Shown in pieces: positions 39,711 through 51,300 of a stretch of 64,000 bases of DNA; the stretch's first letter is position 1, and each line of letters starts with the position of its first letter. Made by a program: the position numbers and the translations under genes. The stretch is from positions 4,108 through 68,107 of IMG/VR virus record IMGVR_UViG_3300028393_000060; one strand, written 5' to 3'. Origin of the DNA: a virus. The notes below the pieces were generated by a model. That model was not told the origin of the DNA, searched no databases, and saw only the letters and a program-made list of their open reading frames with translations.

Positions 39711-40151
39711 TTATTTCCGTAAATGTTCTAATACTATTTGTGGTTCAACAAACCGATCGTTGCTGTGGGGTGTTGCTTCCCACCAGATAAATTGGTTTGG
39801 CACCAAGTGTGATCGGTCTTTTAATAAATTAATGTTCTCATGGTGTCCAAAGATCAACGGATCAGATGGCCCCCACAATACTATGCCTTGTTTGCCTTCG
39901 TCCCATGCAAGATGCTGAAAGAAACTATCAACACCAATCCAAGTACGGCATTCTTGCAACATCTCACGCAACCTTGGCAAACTCATGTTCTTCACAAAGT
40001 TATCTACCAGTTGTTCTTCACCTTCAACGCCAACTTGGATAATTGGCTCGTCAATCATTTCAACAAGCTGTTTCCAATACGTTAGCGGATAGTTCTTCGG
40101 GTTTAACGCGCCCGTTCTTAACTTTTGCGCAAATGGGGCTATGATAATCAT
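39711..40151 (-). CDS. GT9-like glycosyltransferase C-terminal lobe
   Basis: IIAPFA..KNYP..W..IQVG..IGVDSFFQHLA..VLWGPSDP. Confidence 0.75.
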   Translation of the reverse strand: MIIIAPFAQKLRTGALNPKNYPLTYWKQLVEMIDEPIIQVGVEGEEQLVDNFVKNMSLPRLREMLQECRTWIGVDSFFQHLAWDEGKQGIVLWGPSDPLIFGHHENINLLKDRSHLVPNQFIWWEATPHSNDRFVEPQIVLEHLRK

Positions 40152-41128
40152 AAGTACATCCCCCGAAACGCATCTTCCAAACTATCAGTCCACTTGCGAT
40201 GCGCCATCCATTTATAGATGCTCCAGTTGTCAATGTCACCAAACAACTGTTTTGCTTCACCAATCGACTTGCCAGGAATAATATCTGGGTAGCAAGTAAA
40301 CACCATCGGGTCTTTTAACTGCGGCAATATGTGGCTAAACACAATGTGATCGCCCATACCGCAATTTAAAACCACTATCGTCTTATCACGACAAGCCAAG
40401 TAGTTTCTAAAAATCTGCTCATCGTGCGTATACAACTCGGCGTTAGTCTCGCTACGAATACCACCTTGCGGGTTCTTCATGTGCCACGTTGTTGCGTTTG
40501 GCACTGCTAAAACCTTATAACCTTTTTGATGCAAGCCGTATGTAAACAGCGTTTCTTCCCGATGTGCTACCCGTGAAAGACCAGTATTAAAGTTGTGCAC
40601 ACCAGCACGGTATAAAAAAGTGCAGTGTAAATGTTCAACTTCCCTAACCATTGGAATAGGGCTCCATTGGATATTGGGCTCACTATCAATGTGATCAATT
40701 TTACCAGTTGAGTTAACATTTTCAAATATATTTGGCGGTGTTAAAACCGCCCCTCCAATTGCTCCAACGTTACTAAGTGCATGTAAGTATAAACTTCTTA
40801 ACACATTAGGCTCGGGGATAGCATCATCATCACAACGCCACACCCACTCGTAACCCTCGTTTACTGCAATGTCATTGGCTTGTTGGTGAATGTGATGTTG
40901 GCCTTTTTTGCCAGCATACCGCCATTCCCACTTAATTGCCTTTAAATCTAACATCTGAAAAAAGTACGAATAAATCATCTCTTTTCGCATGTCTTGCGGT
41001 TCGTCATTATCATCAAATATAATCAGCCGATCCACTGGCTTGGTCTGATTAATAATAGCGTTTAATACCAAGGGCAAGGTTGTATGGTAGCGCCCTCTTG
41101 TTGCTACCGAGCATAGAACCTTACTCAT
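40148..41128 (-). CDS. GT2 glycosyltransferase with GT9-like C-terminal fragment
   Basis: IIFDD, RCDDD, REET; C-terminal GMGDHIV. Confidence 0.8.
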   Translation of the reverse strand: MSKVLCSVATRGRYHTTLPLVLNAIINQTKPVDRLIIFDDNDEPQDMRKEMIYSYFFQMLDLKAIKWEWRYAGKKGQHHIHQQANDIAVNEGYEWVWRCDDDAIPEPNVLRSLYLHALSNVGAIGGAVLTPPNIFENVNSTGKIDHIDSEPNIQWSPIPMVREVEHLHCTFLYRAGVHNFNTGLSRVAHREETLFTYGLHQKGYKVLAVPNATTWHMKNPQGGIRSETNAELYTHDEQIFRNYLACRDKTIVVLNCGMGDHIVFSHILPQLKDPMVFTCYPDIIPGKSIGEAKQLFGDIDNWSIYKWMAHRKWTDSLEDAFRGMYL

Positions 41129-42350
41129 TGTCCCACCTGCAGATCATCAAGTTGCTAATGTTGTCGTTGCTTACTGGCACCATGTCGTGTGAAATGTTGC
41201 CGTTGTGGCTGATGTAAGTAAACTGAAAGCCAGGGAAATGACTCTCGTTTAATCCATGCAACCTATGGTGTTCACCCCAAAAGCCTTTTGGCTCGTTGTG
41301 TGGCACCGTAATCAACAAACGCCTGCAGTGCTTCTTGAGCTTTTCAACAACTTCTAAACCATTGTCAAGGTGCTCAATCACTTCAAACGCCAAAATAGTG
41401 TCGTAATGCTCCAACTCGTAGCTGTTAATATCTGCCCAATCAAACTGACAGTTATCACCCCACTTCTGATCACGCGCCACATCAACAATAATCGGGTCAT
41501 AATCCAAACCTAAATACTGAATGCGTGGTGCAAAAAACTGTGTACCATAACCGGTAGAACAACCAATTTCTAACAGCTTGTTGCCAAAAATATTACGTGC
41601 TGCCCACTCATAGCGCTGTGTTTCTCTTGGAAAAACCTCGTCACCCTTTAGAAAAACGGCTCGCTCGTAGTTGTTTGACAGGCGCCAGTAATACCAATCT
41701 CTGTTGTACTTCTTAGCCAAACGCAACTCGTTTAGCAAAAACTTTTCTTTCCACTTTTGAATTAGGCTTTCATCGTGCATGGTGCCTTCTGCTTCATGCC
41801 AAATCGGAAAGTCACCTTTGTAACCCACATCTACCAATTCAAAACCAGCATCTTGTGCCAACATGCAAAACTCAATATCATCGCATCCGCCAGTGCCGTA
41901 TTCTGTGTTTAGTAATCCAATTTTTTGAAATACTTTAACATCAATCATCACACAGAAAAACACAATAAACTTGCGTTTTGTAATGTCTGAATACTGTGTC
42001 AATACACCAGCAATATCAGCTACATCTAAACGCTCTAGCCATTTATTTTTTGGCTGTTCTAACAGCACCGTATCGTTGTTTAACAATACAATCTTTTCAC
42101 CCTTGCACACCCGAATGCCATTGTTAACGGCTTTTGGGAAGCCTAGCGCCTCGTTGCTCCAAACTACCACCAAATTAGGTATAGCAGTTTGTAAGTAATC
42201 CAAATAGGCTTTGGTGTTGTCAACACATCCGTTTGCCGATACAACCAACTCTACGTTGGTCATATCGGTGTACTTGATAATCGACTCAATACAAGGTTTT
42301 AAATACTTCTCACAATTGTTATATGTTGGTATAACGATGCTATATTTCAT
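41121..42350 (-). CDS. GT2 glycosyltransferase fused to SAM-dependent methyltransferase
   Basis: SIVIPTYN, LLNNDT, DDIEFC; LEIGCSTGYG, FEVIEHL; start at MKYSIV with AAGGA SD. Confidence 0.88.
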   Translation of the reverse strand: MKYSIVIPTYNNCEKYLKPCIESIIKYTDMTNVELVVSANGCVDNTKAYLDYLQTAIPNLVVVWSNEALGFPKAVNNGIRVCKGEKIVLLNNDTVLLEQPKNKWLERLDVADIAGVLTQYSDITKRKFIVFFCVMIDVKVFQKIGLLNTEYGTGGCDDIEFCMLAQDAGFELVDVGYKGDFPIWHEAEGTMHDESLIQKWKEKFLLNELRLAKKYNRDWYYWRLSNNYERAVFLKGDEVFPRETQRYEWAARNIFGNKLLEIGCSTGYGTQFFAPRIQYLGLDYDPIIVDVARDQKWGDNCQFDWADINSYELEHYDTILAFEVIEHLDNGLEVVEKLKKHCRRLLITVPHNEPKGFWGEHHRLHGLNESHFPGFQFTYISHNGNISHDMVPVSNDNISNLMICRWDNE

Positions 42351-42382
42351 GTTTTCCTTTAGAGGTTTATACAAACCTCCTA

Positions 42383-42391
42383 ATTATAGCA
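42383..42391 (-). promoter_or_regulatory. sigma-70-type extended -10 (TGcTATAAT) for the GT cassette
   Basis: in the gap between the giant fibre gene and the GT genes. Confidence 0.55.
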
Positions 42392-42398
42392 CAACTAC

Positions 42399-45300
42399 TT
42401 AGAACGTACCGCCTTTGATACCGCTCGTAATTGCACCGTTGGTTGCGTTAAATACTAATCCAGAGTTGGTGTATACCGACTGACTACCTGTCAATCCTGT
42501 CACCAACGTTGGGTAGGTTGTTGCTGCTGTGGTGTTGCTTACCGATACTGTGGTTGGAGCGACACCGCTGTAACCAGAGATACCTGACGCGCCTGAGAAA
42601 CCAGATACACCAGAACCGCTGTAACCGGAGAAGCCAGACAATCCAGAACCACTGTAACCAGAGAAGCCGCTGTAACCAGAGATACCTGAGCCAGAGTAAC
42701 CACTGTAGCCAGAGAAACCTGAGATACCGCTGCCTGAGTAGCCAGAGAAGCCTGATAAACCAGAGCCGCTGTAACCAGATGTACCACTGTAGCCAGAGAT
42801 ACCTGAGAAGCCAGAGAAGCCGGATGTACCGTTAGTACCGTTGGTTCCAGAGTAACCGCTGGTGCCACTGTAGCCAGAGATTCCAGATGCGCCTGAGAAA
42901 CCGCTGATACCAAATCCGCTGTAACCAGAAATACCTGAGAAGCCGCTGTAACCGCTAATACCAGAACCGCTGTATCCGCTGTAACCTGAGAAGCCTGAGA
43001 TACCAGAGCCACTGTAACCAGAGAAGCCACTGATACCAGAACCACTGTAGCCTGAGAAGCCGCTGATACCAGACGCTCCACTGTATCCAGAGATACCTGA
43101 GAAGCCACTGTAACCAGAGATACCTGAGAAGCCACTGTAGCCTGAGATACCAGACGCGCCAGAAATTCCAGAGAAGCCACTGTAGCCGGAGATACCAGAT
43201 GCGCCAGAGAAACCAGATATACCTGAGAAGCCACTGTAACCTGATACACCAGAGTAACCAGAGATACCAGATGCACCTGAGAAGCCACTGTAACCGCTGA
43301 TACCAGAGCCACTGTAACCAGAGAAACCTGACAAACCAGATCCACTATAGCCAGAGAAGCCACTGTAGCCACTTACACCAGAACCGCTGTAACCAGAAGT
43401 ACCAGAGAAGCCGCTTATACCAGAACCACTGTAGCCAGAGAAACCTGAGACACCAGATCCGCTGTAACCACTGTAGCCTGAGAAGCCTGAGTCACCATCT
43501 TGACCGGAGATACCTGACGCGCCAGAGAAACCGCTGTAACCAGAGATACCAGAGAAGCCAGAGATACCAGATGCACCAGAGAAGCCAGAGCGACCAGAGA
43601 AACCAGAGATACCTGAGAAGCCAGAGTCACCGCTGTAACCAGAGATACCTGAATCACCAGAGAAACCTGAGAAACCTGAGTCGCCTGAGAAACCGCTGTA
43701 TCCAGAGATACCAGACATACCTGAGTAGCCAGAGAAGCCTGATAAACCAGAGCCAGAGTAACCAGAGATACCGCTGTAACCAGAGATACCAGATCCACTG
43801 TAACCGCTGTAACCAGAGAAGCCAGAGATACCAGAACCTGAGTAGCCAGAGAAGCCAGAAATACCTGAGCCAGAGTAACCGGAGAAGCCAGAGTCACCTG
43901 AGAAACCTGAGATACCAGAGTCACCTGAGAATCCAGAGTCACCTGAGAAACCGCTGTAGCCAGAGATACCGGATGCTCCAGAGAAGCCAGAACGACCACT
44001 GTAACCAGAGAAGCCTGAGATACCTGAGAAACCAGAATCACCAGAGAAACCACTGTAACCAGAAATACCGCTGTCACCAGAGAAACCTGAGTCACCAGAG
44101 AAACCGCTGTAACCTGAGATACCAGATTGTCCAGAATAACCAGAGAAACCAGAAATACCAGAACCGCTGTAACCAGATTGACCGCTGTAACCACTGATAC
44201 CAGATCCACTATAGCCACTGTAGCCAGAGAAACCACTTACACCAGAACCAGAGTAGCCTGAGAAACCTGAGATACCAGAGCCGCTGTAACCAGAGAATCC
44301 TGATTCACCAGAGAAACCGCTGATACCAGAGTCGCCAGAGAAACCTGAGAAGCCACTGTAACCAGAAATTCCAGATGCGCCTGAGAAGCCAGATCGACCG
44401 CTGTAGCCAGAGATACCAGATGCACCAGAGAAGCCTGACTCACCAGAGAAGCCACTGTAGCCAGAAATACCAGAGTCACCAGAGAAGCCTGAGAAGCCAG
44501 AGTCACCGCTGTAACCAGAAGTACCTACTTCACCAGAGTAACCTGAGAAGCCAGAGATACCAGAACCACTGTAACCAGATTCACCGCTGTAACCAGAGAT
44601 ACCAGAACCGCTATAACCTGAATATCCAGAGAAACCGCTTACGCCTGATCCAGAATAGCCAGAGAAGCCTGATAGACCAGAGCCAGAGTAACCAGAGAAT
44701 CCAGATGTACCTGAGAAGCCAGAGATACCAGACGCGCCGGAGAAGCCTGAGATACCGCTATAACCAGATTTACCAGAGAAGCCTGATGTGCCTGAGAAAC
44801 CACTGTAACCAGAAATTCCAGAGTCGCCAGAGAAACCTGAGATACCGCTGTAACCAGATGTACCAGTTGCGCCTTGTAAATTAATATCCCATGGATATAC
44901 ACCCGAACCAGCGTAATTGTTTACGTTGAATGAGAACAAACCTGTTGTTGGGTTGTATGCTGTAACAGTTACGTTGGCATAGTTAAAGGCGTCGTGAGCA
45001 ATAACCGCTGTTTGACCAACAGTCCAGCTTAATCCTGTGCCAACAATAATGGCACCAGAAATATCACCTAGAGCAAAGTCGCCGTCTGTACTGGTAGTTG
45101 CATACTTGTCGCTAGCACCAGAAGTACCACTGTAACCAGAGAATCCTGAGATACCAGAGAAGCCTGATGCACCAGAGTAACCAGAGAAGCCGGAGATACC
45201 TGAACCAGAGTAACCAGATTCACCACTGTAACCAGAGATACCAGATCCGCTGTAACCACTGTAACCAGAGAAGCCAGATGTACCGATACCACTGTAACCA

Positions 45301-48300
45301 GAGAAACCAGACAAGCCAGATCCGCTGTAGCCAGAGAAGCCAGACTCACCAGAGAAGCCACTGTAACCAGATTCACCAGAGAAGCCACTATAACCAGATT
45401 CACCAGAGAAGCCAGACGCACCAGATTCACCGCTGTAACCAGAAAAACCAGATTGACCATCTGGGCCTACGATTTGACCAGCGTTAAACCAGTTTGTGCC
45501 ATTCCATACATACAAATCGCCGTCGGCTGTAACAATGTACGCATCATTAACTTGGTTGCCAATTAATGGTAAGTCGCCTACTGTTGCAACAGTGCCTTTG
45601 AGGTTGATTGAAGTACCTTGAGCGCCGCTGTAACCAGAGTAGCCTGAGTAACCTGAAGCACCATCAATACCGCTGTAACCAGAAGCGCCATCAATACCGC
45701 TGTAACCAGAGATACCTGAGAAGCCAGAATCACCGCTGTAACCGCTGATACCGGATCCACTGTAACCACTATAGCCTGAGAATCCAGAGATGCCTGAGCC
45801 ACTGTAGCCAGAGAAACCGCTTACGCCAGAGCCACTATAGCCAGACTCACCACTGTAACCGCTGATACCGGATCCACTGTAACCGCTGTAGCCTGAGAAG
45901 CCAGAAATACCAGAAGCACCGGATGCACCAGAGTAGCCAGAGAAGCCAGATAGACCGTCAATACCACTGTAGCCAGAGAAGCCAGAATCGCCTGACCAAC
46001 CAGAGATACCAGAGTCACCAGAATAACCTGAGATACCAGAGTCACCGCTGTAACCAGAGATGCCTGAAAAGCCAGAGATACCAGACGCGCCTGAGAAGCC
46101 AGAGAAACCGCTGATACCAGAGAAGCCAGATGTACCTGAGAAACCGCTGTAGCCAGAGATACCAGATCCACTGTAACCAGAGTAACCTGAGAAGCCAGAA
46201 ATGCCAGAGCCAGAGTAACCAGAGAAACCACTGATACCAGAACCTGAGTAACCAGACTCACCGCTGTAACCACTTATGCCGCTGCCACTGTAACCACTGT
46301 AACCTGAGAAGCCAGAAATACCGCTGTCGCCAGAGAAACCAGAAATGCCTGAGAATCCGCTGTAACCAGAGATACCAGAATGGCCAGAAAAACCAGAAAT
46401 GCCTGAGAAACCGCTGTAACCAGAGATACCAGAGTCGCCTGAGAAACCGCTGATACCAGAATCACCGCTATAGCCTGAGATACCAGAGTCGCCAGAGAAA
46501 CCTGAGAAGCCTGAAATGCCAGAAGCTCCAGATTCACCTGAGAAACCGCTGTAGCCAGAGATACCTGATCCACTGTAACCAGAGTAACCTGAGAAGCCGC
46601 TAATACCAGATCCGCTGTAGCCAGAGAAACCGCTAATACCAGATCCGCTGTAGCCAGAGAAACCGCTGTAGCCGCTTACGCCAGATCCGCTGTAACCACT
46701 GTATCCAGAGAAACCAGAAATACCGGAGTCACCAGAGAAACCAGAATCGCCTGAGAAGCCACTGTAACCAGAGATACCAGAATGGCCAGAGAAACCTGAA
46801 ATACCTGAGAAACCGCTGTAGCCAGAGATACCAGAGTCGCCAGAGAAACCGCTGATACCAGAATCACCGCTGTAACCAGAAATACCTGAATCACCAGAGA
46901 AACCAGAGAAGCCAGAAATGCCAGAGTGGCCAGAGAAGCCAGATGTACCTGAGAAACCGCTGTAACCAGAGATACCAGATCCGCTGTAGCCAGAATAGCC
47001 AGAGAAGCCTGAAATGCCAGAACCAGAGTAACCAGAGAAACCTGAGATACCACTACCACTGTAGCCAGATTCACCACTGTAGCCACTAATACCAGAGCCA
47101 CTGTAACCAGAATAACCAGAGAAGCCAGAAAGTCCAGAGTCACCAGAGAAACCTGAGATACCAGAATCACCGCTGTAACCAGAAATACCAGAGTCGCCAG
47201 AGAAACCGGAAATACCAGAATCACCACTGTAACCACTAATACCAGAGTCGCCAGAGAAACCTGAAATACCGCTGTCACCAGAGAAGCCTGAAATACCTGA
47301 GAAACCTGATTCACCTGAGAAACCAGAAAAACCGCTTATGCCAGAGTCGCCCGAGAATCCACTGTAACCTGAGATACCTGAGCCACTATAACCAGAATAG
47401 CCAGAGAAACCAGAAATACCAGATCCGCTGTAACCAGAGAAGCCAGATACACCGCTTCCAGAATAGCCTGAGAAGCCACTATAACCGCTGTCACCGCTTC
47501 CGCTGTAACCAGAGTAGCCAGAGAAGCCAGAAAGTCCAGAGTCGCCTGAGAAGCCGCTAATGCCGCTAAAACCGCTGTAGCCAGAAATACCAGAGTCACC
47601 AGAAAAGCCAGAATCGCCTGAGAAGCCACTGTAACCAGAGATACCACTGTCGCCAGAAAAACCTGAAATACCGCTGTCACCAGAGTAGCCAGAAATACCA
47701 GACGCGCCTGAGAAACCAGATTCACCAGAGTAACCAGAAATACCTGAATCACCTGAGATACCAGAATCACCAGAGAAGCCGCTGTATCCAGAAATACCAG
47801 ATCCGCTGTAGCCAGAATAGCCAGAGAAACCTGAAGTTCCTATTTCACCGCTGTAACCAGAGAAGCCTGATAAGCCAGATCCGCTATAACCAGAGTATCC
47901 AGACTCACCACTGTAACCAGAATCACCAGAAAAACCTGAGATACCAGAATCACCACTGTAACCAGAGATACCGCTGTCGCCAGAGAAACCAGAGAAGCCT
48001 GAGATACCAGAATCTCCAGAAATACCGCTGTCACCGCTGTAACCACTGTAACCAGAGTCACCAGAACCGCTGTAACCAGAATAGCCAGAGAAGCCAGATG
48101 TACCTATGCCGCTGTAACCAGAGAATCCTGATAGACCACTACCAGAATAGCCAGAGAAGCCGCTATAACCAGAAATACCGCTACCACTGTAACCAGAGTA
48201 GCCAGAGAAACCAGAAGTTCCTACTTCACCGCTGTAACCAGAAAAACCTGATTCGCCAGAGAAACCTGAAATACCAGAATCACCACTGTAACCAGAAATA

Positions 48301-51300
48301 CCAGAGTCACCACTGTAACCACTAATACCACTGTCACCAGAGTAACCAGAATTGCCACTATAACCAGAGTCACCACTGTAACCACTAATACCACTGTCAC
48401 CAGAGAAACCTGAAATACCAGAGTCACCGCTGTAACCAGAAATACCAGAGTCGCCAGAGAAACCGGAAATACCAGAATCTCCACTGTAGCCACTTATACC
48501 ACTATCACCAGAGAAACCGCTGTAACCAGAGAAACCTGATGTACCAGAGCCACCGCCAGAACCTGGCTGACCGCTGTAGCCAGAGAAACCTGACAAACCG
48601 TTTTGTCCGCTATAACCAGACAAGCCATCTTGTCCGCTGTAACCAGAAGCGCCGTCTTGTCCAGAATAACCAGACTCACCACTTAAACCATCTTGACCGC
48701 TGTAACCAGAGAAACCTGATTCACCGTTTTGGCCAGAGAAACCTGAAATACCAGACGCACCGTTTTGTCCAGAGAAGCCTGAGATACCAGATGCACCATC
48801 TTGACCGCTGTAACCAGAAATACCGGAAGCACCATCTTGACCACTGTAACCGGATTGACCATCTTGACCAGAGTAACCAGAGAAACCTGATTCACCATTT
48901 TGTCCGGAGTAACCAGATTCGCCGGATGCACCGTCAATACCGCTGTAACCAGAGAAACCACTTAAACCATCTTGACCTGAATAACCTGATTCACCAGAAA
49001 GACCATCTTGTCCGCTGTAACCAGAGATACCAGATGCACCATCTTGGCCAGAGAAACCTGAAATACCAGATGCACCATCTTGACCACTGTAACCAGAGAT
49101 ACCAGATGCACCATCTTGACCAGAGAAACCTGAAATACCAGATGCACCATCTTGACCACTGTAACCAGACTGACCATCTTGACCAGAATATCCAGACTCA
49201 CCAGATAAACCGTCTTGTCCACTGTAACCAGATAAACCAGATGCACCATCTTGGCCTGAGAAACCACTTAAGCCATCTTGACCACTGTAACCAGAGAAAC
49301 CTGATTCACCGTTTTGGCCAGAGAAACCTGAGATACCAGACGCGCCATCTTGACCGCTGTAACCAGACTCACCAGACAAACCATTTTGTCCAGAATAGCC
49401 AGAGAAACCAGAAATACCAGAGTGACCAGAAACACCAGATCCGCTGTAACCAGAAATACCTGAGAAACCAGAGATACCACTGTCACCACTGTAGCCAGAA
49501 ATACCAGAGTCGCCAGAAAAACCACTGTAACCAGAAATACCGCTGTCACCAGAGAAACCTGAGAAGCCGCTGTAACCGCTATCACCAGTTGGGCCAACAA
49601 TTGGACCTACGTTGGTCCATGCTGCGCCAGTCCATACATACAAGTCACCATTAGATTGAACAATGTATGCGTCATTTAAATTGCCTGTTGGTGGTAAGTC
49701 CCCTGGAGTTGCAACAGTACCAATAATATTAACTGATGTACCTTGCGCACCACTGATACCAGAGAAACCACTGTAACCAGAAATACCAGAGTCACCTGAG
49801 AAACCGCTGATACCAGAATCACCACTGTAGCCAGAGAAGCCTGAGATACCAGAGTCGCCAGAGAAACCTGAGATACCAGAGTCACCACTGTAACCAGAGA
49901 TACCGCTATCACCAGAAAAACCTGAGAAGCCAGACAAGCCATCTTGGCCACTGTAACCAGATTCACCGGACAAACCATTTTGTCCAGAAAAACCAGAAAT
50001 ACCAGACGCACCATCTTGACCGCTGTAACCAGATTGACCAGACAAGCCATCTTGTCCGCTGTAACCACTTAAACCATCTTGACCAGAAAAACCAGAGAAG
50101 CCAGACAATCCATCTTGTCCACTATAACCAGATTCACCAGATAAACCATTTTGTCCAGAGAAACCAGACTGACCATCTTGACCTGAGAAACCAGAAATAC
50201 CAGATGCGCCATCTTGTCCTGAGAAACCAGAAATACCAGATGCACCATTTTGTCCAGAAAAACCAGAGATACCAGATGCGCCGTTTTGACCGCTGTAACC
50301 AGAGATACCAGATGCGCCGTTTTGACCGCTGTAACCAGATTCGCCAGACAAGCCATCTTGTCCAGAATAACCAGATAATCCAGAAACGCCATCAATACCG
50401 CTGTAACCAGAAAAACCACTTAAACCATCTTGGCCTGAATAACCAGATTCGCCAGACAAACCATTTTGTCCTGAATAACCTGATTGACCATCTTGACCTG
50501 AGAAACCAGAAATACCAGATGCGCCATCTTGTCCAGAAAAACCAGAAATACCAGATACGCCATCTTGTCCAGAGAAACCTGAGATACCAGATGCGCCATC
50601 TTGACCACTGTAACCAGATTGACCGCTTAAACCATCTTGACCGCTGTAACCTGATTCACCAGAAACACCATTTTGTCCAGAATAACCTGATGTGCCATCT
50701 TGACCACTGTAACCAGACAAGCCGTCTTGACCAGAGTAACCAGAGAAACCTGATTCGCCAGTTTGACCGCTATATCCAGAGTAACCAGAAGCAGAAGCTG
50801 CGCCAGGTGCGCCACTATAACCAGAAAAACCTGAGAAACCAGAATCACCAGATACGCCATCTTGACCTGAATAACCAGAGTCACCTGAAACGCCATCTTG
50901 ACCAGAGTAACCAGAAAAACCTGATTGACCGTCTTGACCTGAGTAACCAGAGTCACCAGACAAGCCATCTTGACCGCTGTAACCAGATTCACCACTATAT
51001 CCAGAGTAACCAGATGCAGAAGCTTGACCATCTTGTCCAGAATAACCAGAAAAACCTGAGAAACCAGATGCGCCGTCTTGACCACTGTAACCAGAGTCAC
51101 CAGATGCACCATCTTGACCGCTGTAACCAGAAAAACCTGAGTAACCAGAAACGCCAGACGTGCCACTACCACCGCCAGTGGGTGGTTGTAAAGATAAATT
51201 GCCAGCACCATCGGTGGTCATTACATAACCAGATGTGCCGTCACTTGTTGGGTACGCTAACCCAGTAATTGTAATTTGTGTGCCAGCTGTTAATACGGCA

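Noticed and set aside
42560-51160. Possible CRISPR array or DGR template/variable repeat
   Set aside because: No repeat-spacer structure, no cas operon and no reverse transcriptase; the repeat is an in-frame triplet pattern
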